Source: Candidatus Eiseniibacteriota bacterium (GTDB taxonomy: Bacteria; Eisenbacteria; RBG-16-71-46). Taken from it: 64,000 nt of DNA. The notes below the pieces were generated by a model, which worked only from the letters and a program-made list of their open reading frames with translations, did no database searches and had not been told where the DNA came from. Below are positions 28,208 to 37,832 of the stretch, piece by piece. Numbering within the stretch: position 1 is the stretch's first letter; every line of letters begins with the position of its first letter. Location of the stretch: positions 1,536,001 through 1,600,000 of the forward strand of contig OY970178.1 in NCBI GenBank assembly GCA_963707915.1, read 5' to 3'. A program made the position numbers and the translations under genes.

Positions 28208-29392
28208 TCAGGACCCGCCACGATCGGGGCCACTTTCCAGCGGGTGCACCGCACCGCCGGGCGGTCGCCCGAGCAGTTCATCGAGACGGTCGAGATCAGC
28301 ACTTGAGCAGATCCGCACGAGATCCTGCAGCTCGTTCGCGGTTTGCCAGATATCGCGAAGCCGGCGCATCTCGGAGCGCGACCGGCTTGCAGAGGTCCCA
28401 AGCCACCGAGGCATCTGATAGGCAATGCTCCCGTAGCCCCCCATCACCGACAGATCCTGATAGAGCCCTCTCTTCTGGAGGACGTTCCCCTCCACGAAGC
28501 TGATCGGGGCCCCGACGCGGCCGAACATCGTGGCCAGCCTTCGAAGGGACGCGGCCTGTGGCGTCCCTCGAAGTGCGTCAAACGACGACACCGTCACGAT
28601 CGTCTTGTATGAGCCAGGAGCTCTCTGCGCAGCCTCCATCGCGGTGTTGAGTAGGTGCGAGAATGGGCCAAAGGACTCCCAATAGTCGTAGCCCACTTGT
28701 TCGAGACTGGTGTCGAGGCAAAGGACCTCCCCACCGGATGGCAGTGTACACAGGTAGCCATGCTCCTCGAATGTCAGCAGTTCCGATTTGAGTAGCGCTA
28801 GCACTTCGGCGCGCTGTGACTTGAACCGTGGGAGGAGTGCGGGATCATCGTTCGCCGCTATGAGCTCGTCCATCTGACTGACCATTTCCTGGAGTCGCGA
28901 TCCCTCACCCACGCCGGGCAGAACCGTATATCCCGAGTCACCGAGAAGGAAGCAATAGAGTGGATGACTGTTGAGAAACGTGACGAGCTCCTGAACGTCC
29001 CAGATCAGAACGGTCGGACGTCCAGTGAACTGTTCGCCAAGGACGGCCGCTTCGTCATGGCATTGGGCCGAGCATCGGAAGTTGACGATCATGATGTAGT
29101 ACGCAGGAAGATGCAGGCGCCGCTCAAGCTCCGCCAGAGCTCGCGTCAGCAGTTGCAGGACACCACGCCGCGCAAGACTCTTCGTCCTGAACTTGAGCTG
29201 GAACACCCACTCGCCGCTCATGCCGGCGAAGTCTCCCCGACCAGGACCTGAGTAGGTTGCATCGCGTCCCCGGTCCTTCCCACTCACAGGATGAAGCCGC
29301 ACGCGCTCCGAGATGCGTCGCTTCAGCATCACAAGTGCGAGTTGATTGAAGGCGTCTTCCGTCAGGGTGGCGAGGCGCGCTTCGTCGATCAT
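28208..29392 (-). CDS. Restriction-endonuclease-like (Mrr-type PD-(D/E)xK) domain fused to a DUF6879-like putative sensor domain
   Basis: N-term F..L...L...GKDRGRDA...WVFQLKF and IWD..EL...L; C-term YW...AAQR...DLSVMG...IW pattern; ATG overlaps upstream stop (ATGA 29389-29392). Confidence 0.65.
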   Translation of the reverse strand: MIDEARLATLTEDAFNQLALVMLKRRISERVRLHPVSGKDRGRDATYSGPGRGDFAGMSGEWVFQLKFRTKSLARRGVLQLLTRALAELERRLHLPAYYIMIVNFRCSAQCHDEAAVLGEQFTGRPTVLIWDVQELVTFLNSHPLYCFLLGDSGYTVLPGVGEGSRLQEMVSQMDELIAANDDPALLPRFKSQRAEVLALLKSELLTFEEHGYLCTLPSGGEVLCLDTSLEQVGYDYWESFGPFSHLLNTAMEAAQRAPGSYKTIVTVSSFDALRGTPQAASLRRLATMFGRVGAPISFVEGNVLQKRGLYQDLSVMGGYGSIAYQMPRWLGTSASRSRSEMRRLRDIWQTANELQDLVRICSSADLDRLDELLGRPPGGAVHPLESGPDRGGS

Positions 29393-30510
29393 GGGTCTCG
29401 CTCGAAGGAGCCTCGGAGACGCGCGACTGCTTTGTGGAGATAGGGCACCGGTCGCGCGAAGACGATGCGCACGTGACGCGGGCATGGAGGCCAGAACGCC
29501 GTGCCCGGCAAGAGCACCACTTCTGCCCTCCGAATGGCGTGGCGGCATAGACGGCGGGCGTCCCATCCGGGCTTCACGACACGCGCCCAACAGAAGAGTC
29601 CGCCGTCCGGGGACCTCGGGAGGATGAGTCGCAAGAGACCTGAGCGCAGTGCGTCCACAAGAGCAGCGCGCGAACGGGCGAAACGGCCGGAGAGCAGGTC
29701 GAGCGGCGACCGCAGAAGATGCAGCGCAGCCTCCTGGCTGAGACCGGAAACACCGATACGCAGCGTTTCCGCTGTCGCCGCAAAGGCCCGTGAGAGCGCA
29801 CCCGACGCTGTGATCCACCCGATGCGGAGTCCGGGCGCACCGAATGTCTTCGACACGGAGTTCACCTTCACCAGCCACCCGTGCGCGAGGACCGCCCGCG
29901 GCTCGTGGCTTCGCGCACTCTCGTACAGGAACTCATCATAGACCTGATCGAGGATGAGAAACGTCCGGGCCCGCTCGCATTCTCGTGCCAGCCGAGTCAG
30001 AGTCGACTGCGCGTAGACGACGCCGGTCGGGTTGGATGGACAGTGGAGAAGCAGAGCTCTCGCCTGCCGCAATTGAGCGGCGGTCAAACGCTCGGGATGA
30101 CGAACCGGGACGGCATCCGCACCCAGCCGGTGGACGACTTGAGCGTAGAAGGCGAGCGCCGGAGCTTGGATCAGGACACGACAGCCACGTGACAGCACGC
30201 AGAGGAGGATGATGGACAATGCCTCGGACGCACCATTGGTGACGGTTATGTGCTCCGCGGACACATTAAGTGCGTACTTGCTGTTCTCCCGCGCGGCGAT
30301 GGAATCACGCAGCCGCGCGTCACCGCGGGTGTCCGGGTAGCTCCACGCACGGGACGCCGGAAGCCGCGGAAGCCCAATGCGCACCGACGGCACGGGCTCC
30401 GCCAGATCCAGAAGGGGGCGTCCGGTCGCCCGCGCCAGTCGGGCCAGGCCCTCCATGGGTGACGGGGAGCCACCCGACATCCACACCAAGCCGCGATGCG
30501 GTCGCATCAT
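29389..30510 (-). CDS. PLP-dependent aminotransferase class I/II
   Basis: YPDTRGD..LR, ITVTNGASEAL, PSNPTG, DQVYDEF, NSVSKTFGAPGLRIGW; ATG overlaps upstream stop (ATGA 30507-30510). Confidence 0.9.
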   Translation of the reverse strand: MMRPHRGLVWMSGGSPSPMEGLARLARATGRPLLDLAEPVPSVRIGLPRLPASRAWSYPDTRGDARLRDSIAARENSKYALNVSAEHITVTNGASEALSIILLCVLSRGCRVLIQAPALAFYAQVVHRLGADAVPVRHPERLTAAQLRQARALLLHCPSNPTGVVYAQSTLTRLARECERARTFLILDQVYDEFLYESARSHEPRAVLAHGWLVKVNSVSKTFGAPGLRIGWITASGALSRAFAATAETLRIGVSGLSQEAALHLLRSPLDLLSGRFARSRAALVDALRSGLLRLILPRSPDGGLFCWARVVKPGWDARRLCRHAIRRAEVVLLPGTAFWPPCPRHVRIVFARPVPYLHKAVARLRGSFERDP

Positions 30511-31526
30511 CGACCCTGTAGCGCAAGGGCGTGCTCCAACTCTGTTGGGTCGAGCCGATGATCGACGATTGTCTCGGCCAAGAGGTTGAAGCCACATTCT
30601 GAGAACAGCGTGCGCCAGAACGTGAGAGGGCGCAGCGCCTGTCGAGTCAGCTCGTGGAGCAGGAAGTATCCGTTGTAGTACCCAAGTCCTGAGGGGGTGG
30701 CCATCGCGGCCGGCGCGGCGGCGCGGTCCACTTCGACCACGATGACGAGTGCTCGCGGATGCTCCTTCGCTAGCGTCGTCAGCAGGAGCCGCACGGCCTC
30801 TTCCCCGTAGGTCCCGAGCAGCTCGTGCAACAGGAAGGCAAAGACGAAGACGTCCGCCCCCTTGGATGACGCGCTGCTCAAGAAGTGGACCGCATCTTCG
30901 CAGACAACGCTGACGCGGTCCGTCAGCCCCATGCGTGCCACCAATGCCTCAGCGCCGGCCGTGCTCACCGTGTTCCCCTCGACACCGATCGCTCGGATAC
31001 TCGGTAGCGCGGTGCACAGATCCACCAGGTACTGCGCATTGCCACAGCCGACATCAACGACCAGCTTCGCGTGAGGGCGGAAGCGATTGACATGACCAAG
31101 CACAAGCGGAATGGAATCGTGCGCGCTGATGGCGCAGCTGGCTCGACTGACCTCCCCGATGTTGCGACGTTGCGGAATCGGCCCCGTGCGAAGCGCGTCA
31201 GGAATGTGCGCAAAGACATCGCCATACCCACCGCAGAAGAGCGTGAGCCACCCCTCATGGCTTCGGATGTCGGCAAGCAACTCCGTGGTCCAGTAGTGTC
31301 CGGACTCCTGCACGGCGAGCCCCTCGGTTACAAGGAACTCCAACACCGCCCGAGTGATCGAGGGATCGAACCCAAGCCGCTCAGCCACGGACTCAGACGT
31401 GGCGCCCTCGTGGGTGAGCGCTCCTGCAAGACCAGATGTCACGACCGCATTCAAGACGTGGGTAACAACATAACCCCTGGACTGTGCGAGCAAGTACGCG
31501 AGGCCGTTGCTTGGCGCGAGTGGCAT
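30507..31526 (-). CDS. SAM-dependent methyltransferase resembling 2-keto-acid C3-methyltransferases (MrsA/MppJ type)
   Basis: N-terminal wHTH dimerisation region, GWLTLFCGGY, VDVGCGNA, FLLHE, YYNGYFLLHELTRQ; AGGAG SD. Confidence 0.75.
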   Translation of the reverse strand: MPLAPSNGLAYLLAQSRGYVVTHVLNAVVTSGLAGALTHEGATSESVAERLGFDPSITRAVLEFLVTEGLAVQESGHYWTTELLADIRSHEGWLTLFCGGYGDVFAHIPDALRTGPIPQRRNIGEVSRASCAISAHDSIPLVLGHVNRFRPHAKLVVDVGCGNAQYLVDLCTALPSIRAIGVEGNTVSTAGAEALVARMGLTDRVSVVCEDAVHFLSSASSKGADVFVFAFLLHELLGTYGEEAVRLLLTTLAKEHPRALVIVVEVDRAAAPAAMATPSGLGYYNGYFLLHELTRQALRPLTFWRTLFSECGFNLLAETIVDHRLDPTELEHALALQGR

Positions 31527-31696
31527 TGCGGCTCTTGTGCTCCTTCTCCGAGTAGGTTGGCTTGTCAATGGTCGTCGGCATCGAACCACATCTCAGAATG
31601 GTAGCCATCCCGGTGCGGGTATGCAGAACAGGCGTGCGCCGGCGCCGGCGCCACCAGCATAGGCATCCAGCGACTGCTCACTCGCTTTGTACTACT

Positions 31697-33661
31697 TCAT
31701 GTTTCGGTGGTGTCGCTCTCGCTCCTGTAGTAGGGGTCACCGGATCGCGACCACTCGACGACCTTGCGGTCGAGAAGCGTCTCGAATCGGAGCTTGCCAT
31801 CCATGATCGCGTCCCACTCTTCCCCGTCCATCAAGATGACTGCATGGTGCTCGCCCATTCGGCGCGCAGACTCCACAGCCGTGGACCTATAGCCTGACAT
31901 CGAGATGACGATGCCACGCACCTCAGCTTGCTTGAGCCTTGCCTCCAACCCGTCAAGATCGCTCTGATCCAGCGGCTCCTTCTGCCACTTGACCTCGACG
32001 CGATAGTACTTGTCTTGGTCGAAGAAGGCCGCATCCACCTGACGGCCTCTATACTGGTGACTGCCCACCGCCTGATAGCTGATCGCGAGCGTATCCGCCA
32101 CGATCGACTCCAGGAGGTATCCGCGCTGCTGCGGGTTGGTCGAGTCGTTCTCCACGCCAGCCTTCAGCACCCGGAACCGGCGCTGCACGTCGCGGAACTG
32201 GATCTTCGTCGTCTCGCTGCGCCCCACGGGACCACGCTTTGGGGCGGCCGGCGCAGACCCCCTCGCGAGCGCGACCTCCGAGCGGATGGCACGCCACCAG
32301 AGAAACGTTCGTGGTGCATGCGCCGCAGCCAAGTCGAGGACGTCGTCTGCACGCGCCAGGTCCCCGACCGTCCCGCGTCTCAGATACACGCGAGCAATGT
32401 TCGTGAGAATCACGGGGTCAGTTGGCCGCAGGCGCTTGGCGATTTCGTAGAGCCGCAGCGCCACGTCATCGTCCTCCATGAACCTTGCTGCAAACGTCCC
32501 CAACGCATTCCACACCGATGCATCTGCAACGCCGAGCGAGAATGCCGTCCTCAGCGGAGCGCGATCTCTGCCGTCGAGAGCAGTTTCGGCGCGGGAGACG
32601 ATCTCCACCCAGGACGACACCGGCTCGATCGAAAGCCGCTGAAGCGTCAGGTCAGAGCTCTCCCGGCGCCCCAACGCTGCTTGGGTGAAGGCAAGCGCGC
32701 AGAAGATCCTGGCATTTTCGTACCCCGCACCGGCCGCTTCCGAGAGCAGCGCAAAGGCTGAATCGAGGGCCGCCTTCGTTGTCTCCTCGGGGTACCCGTT
32801 GAACCACATCTGCACGGCGGCCTCACCCAGGACGAATGACTCCGATAGCCCTCGGCGGCGATGTGCGTAGTCCTTGAGCATGTAGTCCCGGAACACAGAC
32901 ACCGCCTGGGCCGGGCGATACGACAAGCGATAGAACCGAGCGAGGACGAGGAGGGCGACCGCCCCACCGCTCTGGCAAGCCCGCACGATCGAGTCCTCAG
33001 CGCGCTGCAGGGCCCGATAGCAGTCCTCATCGCTCGAAGCCCACCGAGCCGACGCCCAAAGCGCCTGGCCGAGCTCGAGGTGTGCAAAGGGATCCGCCGG
33101 GCATTCCGTTGTCGCGAGTTCAGCACATCGAATGGCTTCGGCGATCCTTGTCGCTCTTGTCTCCCGCGGTGTGATCATCGCCTGGCAGCGAATCAAGGAG
33201 GACCTCTGGCTCAGCGCTTGAGCGCGGTCGTGTGCCGGCAGTTCCGCGGTCGCCACGATCCCTCCAAGCATCTGCGAGACCTGGGCAAGCGCAGAGACCA
33301 TGGTGGGCCTGTCCTCATGCGCATACATGTCGTAGAAGTGATCCACGATGCGGTTTGCGAAGCTGATCGCGACACGAGACGATGCACCTCCGGAATGCGC
33401 TCGTCGCCTGCACACCTCTATGGCCTGTCTTCGGAGGGCAAGCCGCGCATCCGCATCACCTTCCATCGCCGCCAGGTCTGCCAAGGCAGCTGACGCCACG
33501 GTCGCGGCCTCATCGGCTTCCCCGACACTGCGGTCGACATGTTGGGCGTCAGACACGATCTGACGCAGGGCGGCGCGGGCCACAGGGGCGGATAGCTCGG
33601 AACGTGCACTGGCAAGGCACATCTGCAGATCTTGGAGTGTCAGGATCTTCCTCTCAGCCAT
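31697..33661 (-). CDS. TPR-repeat protein with C-terminal Mrr-like restriction endonuclease domain
   Basis: Ala-rich TPR-like helices; C-term PQQRGYLLE...QVDAAF...VEVKW...GIVISMSGY. Confidence 0.75.
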   Translation of the reverse strand: MAERKILTLQDLQMCLASARSELSAPVARAALRQIVSDAQHVDRSVGEADEAATVASAALADLAAMEGDADARLALRRQAIEVCRRRAHSGGASSRVAISFANRIVDHFYDMYAHEDRPTMVSALAQVSQMLGGIVATAELPAHDRAQALSQRSSLIRCQAMITPRETRATRIAEAIRCAELATTECPADPFAHLELGQALWASARWASSDEDCYRALQRAEDSIVRACQSGGAVALLVLARFYRLSYRPAQAVSVFRDYMLKDYAHRRRGLSESFVLGEAAVQMWFNGYPEETTKAALDSAFALLSEAAGAGYENARIFCALAFTQAALGRRESSDLTLQRLSIEPVSSWVEIVSRAETALDGRDRAPLRTAFSLGVADASVWNALGTFAARFMEDDDVALRLYEIAKRLRPTDPVILTNIARVYLRRGTVGDLARADDVLDLAAAHAPRTFLWWRAIRSEVALARGSAPAAPKRGPVGRSETTKIQFRDVQRRFRVLKAGVENDSTNPQQRGYLLESIVADTLAISYQAVGSHQYRGRQVDAAFFDQDKYYRVEVKWQKEPLDQSDLDGLEARLKQAEVRGIVISMSGYRSTAVESARRMGEHHAVILMDGEEWDAIMDGKLRFETLLDRKVVEWSRSGDPYYRSESDTTET

Positions 33662-33976
33662 CGAGGGGCTCCTATGCTGCGGTTGTAACGCCCACGCCGA
33701 ATGCACCTACGTCGGCGAGGACACGCCCAACCCAAAGCTGGATGACCACACGGAGGTCGATATGCCAGTGTGGCCATCTTGGACATTCGGCTACTCTACT
33801 ATCAGAGCTGCTGCGGTGCAGGACCGGCGCGGCCGGCGCGTAGGGGACAGGGTAGCGTATGGCACTCGCCGGACCGACCGTTGTTGCACATCGAGGCCAT
33901 CTTCAAGACGTTCGCAAGAAGCCACGAATCGTGCGATCCTACGCTTCGCATGGACGGCTGGCAATCGCACGCTTAG

Positions 33977-35660
33977 CCAGCATTACTCGTGAATCGTAGT
34001 GAACACGAAGGCCTCCGTGTGGTAGAAAGGCTGTGTCGATGCAACTTTCTTCCACGGACGGAAGTCTTCGCGTGCGCCACTCTACCACGACACCGCGTCT
34101 GCTGTTCCCGAGTCCTTTCAGCCGGTCGCTGCCCGCCACCTTCGACGTCCCCAACGCCAGTTCCGACGGCGGCGCAGTGCTGCTCAAGGCGGCCGATCGC
34201 CGGCTTGGCCTGATCCCGCGACTGGCGGCGGCGCTGGTCGACGAGCGGCAACCTGGCAAGGTGCTCCACGCCCTCGCGGACCTGCTCGGCCAGCGCATCT
34301 ACGGCCTGGTGCTTGGTTACGAAGACGCCAACGACGCCGCGCGACTGGCCGACGATCCCCTGCACAAGCTCTTGCTCGACCGCAACCCGGTCACGGGCGA
34401 TGCCCTGGCTTCGCAGCCGACGCTGTCGCGGTTCGAGAACGACGTCAGGCGTGGCGAGTTGCTGCGGATGAGCGAGGCGCTGTTCGAGGCGGTGCTGGCG
34501 CGACATGCGCGCCGCCGCCGCAAGGTGCGCCGCATCACCATCGACCTCGATGTCACCGACGATCCCACGCACGGTGCCCAGCAGTTGGCGTTCTTCAACG
34601 GCTTCTACGGCAGCTGGTGCTACCTGCCGCTGCTGGCGTTCCTGACCTTCGACCGTGAGTGCGAGCAGTACCTGTGCGCCGCTGCACTGCGGCCGGGGAA
34701 CGCAGCCACCCAACGCGGCACGCTGACCCTGCTCACCCGCATCGTCGGCCGCCTGCAGGAGCGCTTCCCGAGCGCCCGCATCCTGGTGCGCCTTGATGGC
34801 GGCTTCGCCGCGCCCGAACTGTTCGAGTTCCTCGACTGCGTCGGCGTCGACTACGTGGTTGCGATGGCCAAGAACGACCTCCTTGAACGCCAGGTCGACC
34901 TTGACATGGTCGTCGCCCGCGTGCTCATTGAGTCCTCCGGCCAGACCGGGCACGTCTACACCGACTTCCGCTACGCCGCCGGCACCAGGAGCCACGAGCG
35001 TCGGGTCGTCTGCAAGGCCGAGGTGGTTCGGCTCGAATGGCGCAAGCCGCGCCTGAATGCGCGCTTCGTGGTCACCAACCTGCCGGGTAAGCAGCAGCGG
35101 ATCTACGAGCGCATCTATTGCCAGCGGGGCGAGGTCGAGAACCGCATCAAGGGACTCTTCGACGTCACCCTCGACCGCACCAGTTGCTCGCGCTTCCTGG
35201 CCAACCAGTTGCGCGTGCTGCTCGCGGCTGCGGTCTACGTGCTGCTGCAGGAACTGCGCCTCGCTGCCCGCGGCACCGCCTGGGCACGGGCGCAGGTCGC
35301 GACGCTGCGACTCGAGCTGCTCACAATCGGCGTTCAGGTCATCGCCTCGGTGCGCCGGCTCGTCCTGCGATTGCCGGCCGCGTTCCCGTACGAGATGGTT
35401 GGCGAGTGATCGCCCTGATGATCGGCGCCGTTCCCGGCTGAGATCGAGCACATCACCCGCATCGCGAAGCCTCGTCGTGATCCTGCGGGGCGGAGCTCTG
35501 TCCGTGTAATCCCTCGAACGCCTCCGCTGCTGCCGTCACTCCCCTCAGATCCGCTCTTGCAGCCCGCCCAGATTTCAGCGCATTCGTGCGTGCGTCTTCA
35601 ATCCACAACATGGCCCCGGCTACTCCGGCGCCTCGACGAGCCGTTGATCAGTAACGAAAT
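33977..35660 (+). mobile_element. IS1380-family element (degenerate right end)
   Basis: Left IR CCAGCATTACTCGTGAA at 33977 preceded by TTAG; partial match TTGATCAGTAACG at 35644-35656; transposase inside. Confidence 0.75.
34033..35441 (+). CDS. IS1380-family DDE transposase; likely 1-nt frameshift near 35390
   Basis: SSDGGAVLLK.ADRRLGL, GYEDAND, SQPTLSRFEN, DLDVTDDPTHG, RLDGGF, YCQRGEVENRIK; expected tail WRVIALMIGAVPG is in another frame ending 35441. Confidence 0.88.
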
Positions 35661-35690
35661 GCGAGGTCCGATCCCTAGGACGGGCAACAC

Positions 35691-37832
35691 CTAGTCTCCA
35701 CTAGGAGCAAGACCGGGCGGTGGCACCACATCCAAGGCCCCAGGGCGCGGCGCGCTGCCTACCCAGGCCTGCTCGACCTTGGACCAGTCGATCCTACGCT
35801 CCTCCTCCCCCGTCCAGACGCTCCAGAACGGCGGGTCGGGCGAGTGAGGTTGCTGCGCCTTCGGGAGCTCCTGGACCTCAACAAGCAGCGGCGCGGGTGC
35901 TGCCCACCCCAGGACGATAGCCCGCCTTGACGGCAGACTCGGCAGATCGCGGAGAAGGGCCCCCAGCCCGTCAGGAACCAAGCTCCTGACGAGCTTCTGG
36001 TCGTGGTCATTGACGATGCGATGCAGCAAGAATGTGTTGCATTGCGAGAGCGCAGTCGGCGACAGCTCCGAAGGGCGCTGCGAGGCCAGCACGAGACCAA
36101 GTCCGAACTTGCGGCCCTCGCGGGCGATACGTTCGAATACGCGGCAGCATGCACGACCTGCGGGCGTGCTTGATTCTGCTGCGAGCTCGCTATGGACGAA
36201 CGTGTGTGCCTCTTCGAGAACGAGGACCGTAGGCAGTTCCTGGCCGGTCTCTCTCCTATGTCGCTGGACTGCCTCGAAGACAATCCTGGCCAACACAGCC
36301 ACGAGGATGTGGACGACCTCAGAGGGTACCAAGGAGAAGTCGACTATGGTAATGGGGCCTGTCGATGCGCTGTCCGCTCCGATGATATCGGACAACAAGT
36401 CGTGGAGAGAGATTGAGCCAGGGTCCTCCGGCTGTAGAATCGAGGCCAAACGGCCGCGGGCCAAGAGGGCGCGGATCCGCAAGTTCAGTGAGTCCACGAA
36501 CTGCGCCAGATCGCGACCACTTGTGTCTGCTGCGAGGGCTTGGACGAAACCGGGAAGTTGATCGACCGCAAAAGGCACTGGGTCGTCTTCGCCCGGTCCG
36601 GGTTCGTCCGCAACAATGCCGACCTTTGTCCCTACAGCCTCCAAGGCGCCGATAACGGACTCGAGGCCTGTCTCGGTGAAGTTGTTGTGCCAGAAGCCTC
36701 CAGTGTCCTTTGCTTTTCCTCTTGCGGCATCTTCGGTCTTCCGGGCCAGCTCCACGACCGCAGTGAGAAGCGGCCGCACGTCTCGGTCTGCAGCATCTAC
36801 GATGAGGGGCGCGAAGTCTCTCACGATGCCTAGGAGGTCATCGGCGAGGCCCTCGCGCCTGCCGAATTGTAGATGATCGCCCGCGTCGAGTTTCGTCTTC
36901 AAAGCGAACCTATATCGTCTTGTGCGACCGCCGATCTTGGTCTCGAGGGGATCCGGGGAACCTCCGGTGGACCGCAGGCGCCGCAGAGCCTCAAACAGAA
37001 TGGGGCGCTGAACTCCAGGAGAGGCCCCGGAGAAGGCCGCCCACTCCTCTCCGTTCCAGAGCCACGCGGGAACCTTCAGTGGACGCCCCGGGTCTCGCGG
37101 CTCGACTTGGAAGAGTCGGATGTTCAGGTCACTGAAGGCAGTGGCATACTCTCCGTTCGGATCAAGCACGATGAAGCGCGCATTAGGCGGGCCCGCGCGC
37201 TTGCTCCTCTCCCGAGCGGCGGCCGCGGCAGCGATTGACCATCGAATGAGCCCGGCAACCGTACAGGACTTGCCAGCTCCGGTGTTGCCGAGGACGGCAA
37301 GATGCCTTCCGAACAGCTTGTCTGGGTCGACGTAGACGGGGGCATTGCCGGCTGTCGGGCACCTGCCTAGGAGGATTCGACCCGTAGTCCGCCCACTCTC
37401 ACCCTCGACTATTGCACGGAGTTGGTCGGGGGTGGGCAGGAGCACGGGGTCCCCGACGGACGGGAAGACATCGACGCCTCGTCGGACCACGAAGGAAGTG
37501 TCAGACTCTGCGTGACGCAACGTCCCAAGGGGTGTGACCGTCATGACCCGGAACGGGAGCGGCAGATCTATAAGTCCGCCAGCCTTCTCTCTCATCCGCA
37601 CCGGATGCGGCAGCCTCTCAATCTGGACCGCCGAGACGATGCCCACAGTGGCGCCAGACTCGTTGGGGACCAGGACATAGCCATTGAGCCGCGGGAACCC
37701 AACAGGAACGCCCGTGTTCAGGGCAGTAGCCTGCGGCGCATCGAGTTCGAGGAGCACCAATATGCGATCGGGGGAAACCTCCTGGACGGTGCCAATCACG
37801 CGGTCACCAAGCATCTGAACCAAGGAGGTCAT
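35691..37832 (-). CDS. herA: HerA-family ATPase (Sir2-HerA defence system)
   Basis: HAS-barrel N-term, HLAVLGNTGAGKS Walker A, LDPNGEY, VLEEAH Walker B, FERIAREGRKFG, SQRPSEL. Confidence 0.92.
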   Translation of the reverse strand: MTSLVQMLGDRVIGTVQEVSPDRILVLLELDAPQATALNTGVPVGFPRLNGYVLVPNESGATVGIVSAVQIERLPHPVRMREKAGGLIDLPLPFRVMTVTPLGTLRHAESDTSFVVRRGVDVFPSVGDPVLLPTPDQLRAIVEGESGRTTGRILLGRCPTAGNAPVYVDPDKLFGRHLAVLGNTGAGKSCTVAGLIRWSIAAAAAARERSKRAGPPNARFIVLDPNGEYATAFSDLNIRLFQVEPRDPGRPLKVPAWLWNGEEWAAFSGASPGVQRPILFEALRRLRSTGGSPDPLETKIGGRTRRYRFALKTKLDAGDHLQFGRREGLADDLLGIVRDFAPLIVDAADRDVRPLLTAVVELARKTEDAARGKAKDTGGFWHNNFTETGLESVIGALEAVGTKVGIVADEPGPGEDDPVPFAVDQLPGFVQALAADTSGRDLAQFVDSLNLRIRALLARGRLASILQPEDPGSISLHDLLSDIIGADSASTGPITIVDFSLVPSEVVHILVAVLARIVFEAVQRHRRETGQELPTVLVLEEAHTFVHSELAAESSTPAGRACCRVFERIAREGRKFGLGLVLASQRPSELSPTALSQCNTFLLHRIVNDHDQKLVRSLVPDGLGALLRDLPSLPSRRAIVLGWAAPAPLLVEVQELPKAQQPHSPDPPFWSVWTGEEERRIDWSKVEQAWVGSAPRPGALDVVPPPGLAPSGD

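Noticed and set aside
27943..28425. 160-aa ORF bridging nuclease fusion and kinase
   Set aside because: Overlaps the nuclease gene, R/G/A-rich shadow composition, no motifs; cannot be fully excluded
31563..31568. TTGACA -35 box upstream of the methyltransferase
   Set aside because: No recognisable -10 hexamer at 16-18 nt spacing
31393..31608. 71-aa ORF as RiPP precursor or leader for the methyltransferase operon
   Set aside because: Overlaps the methyltransferase in another frame, no SD or precursor-like features
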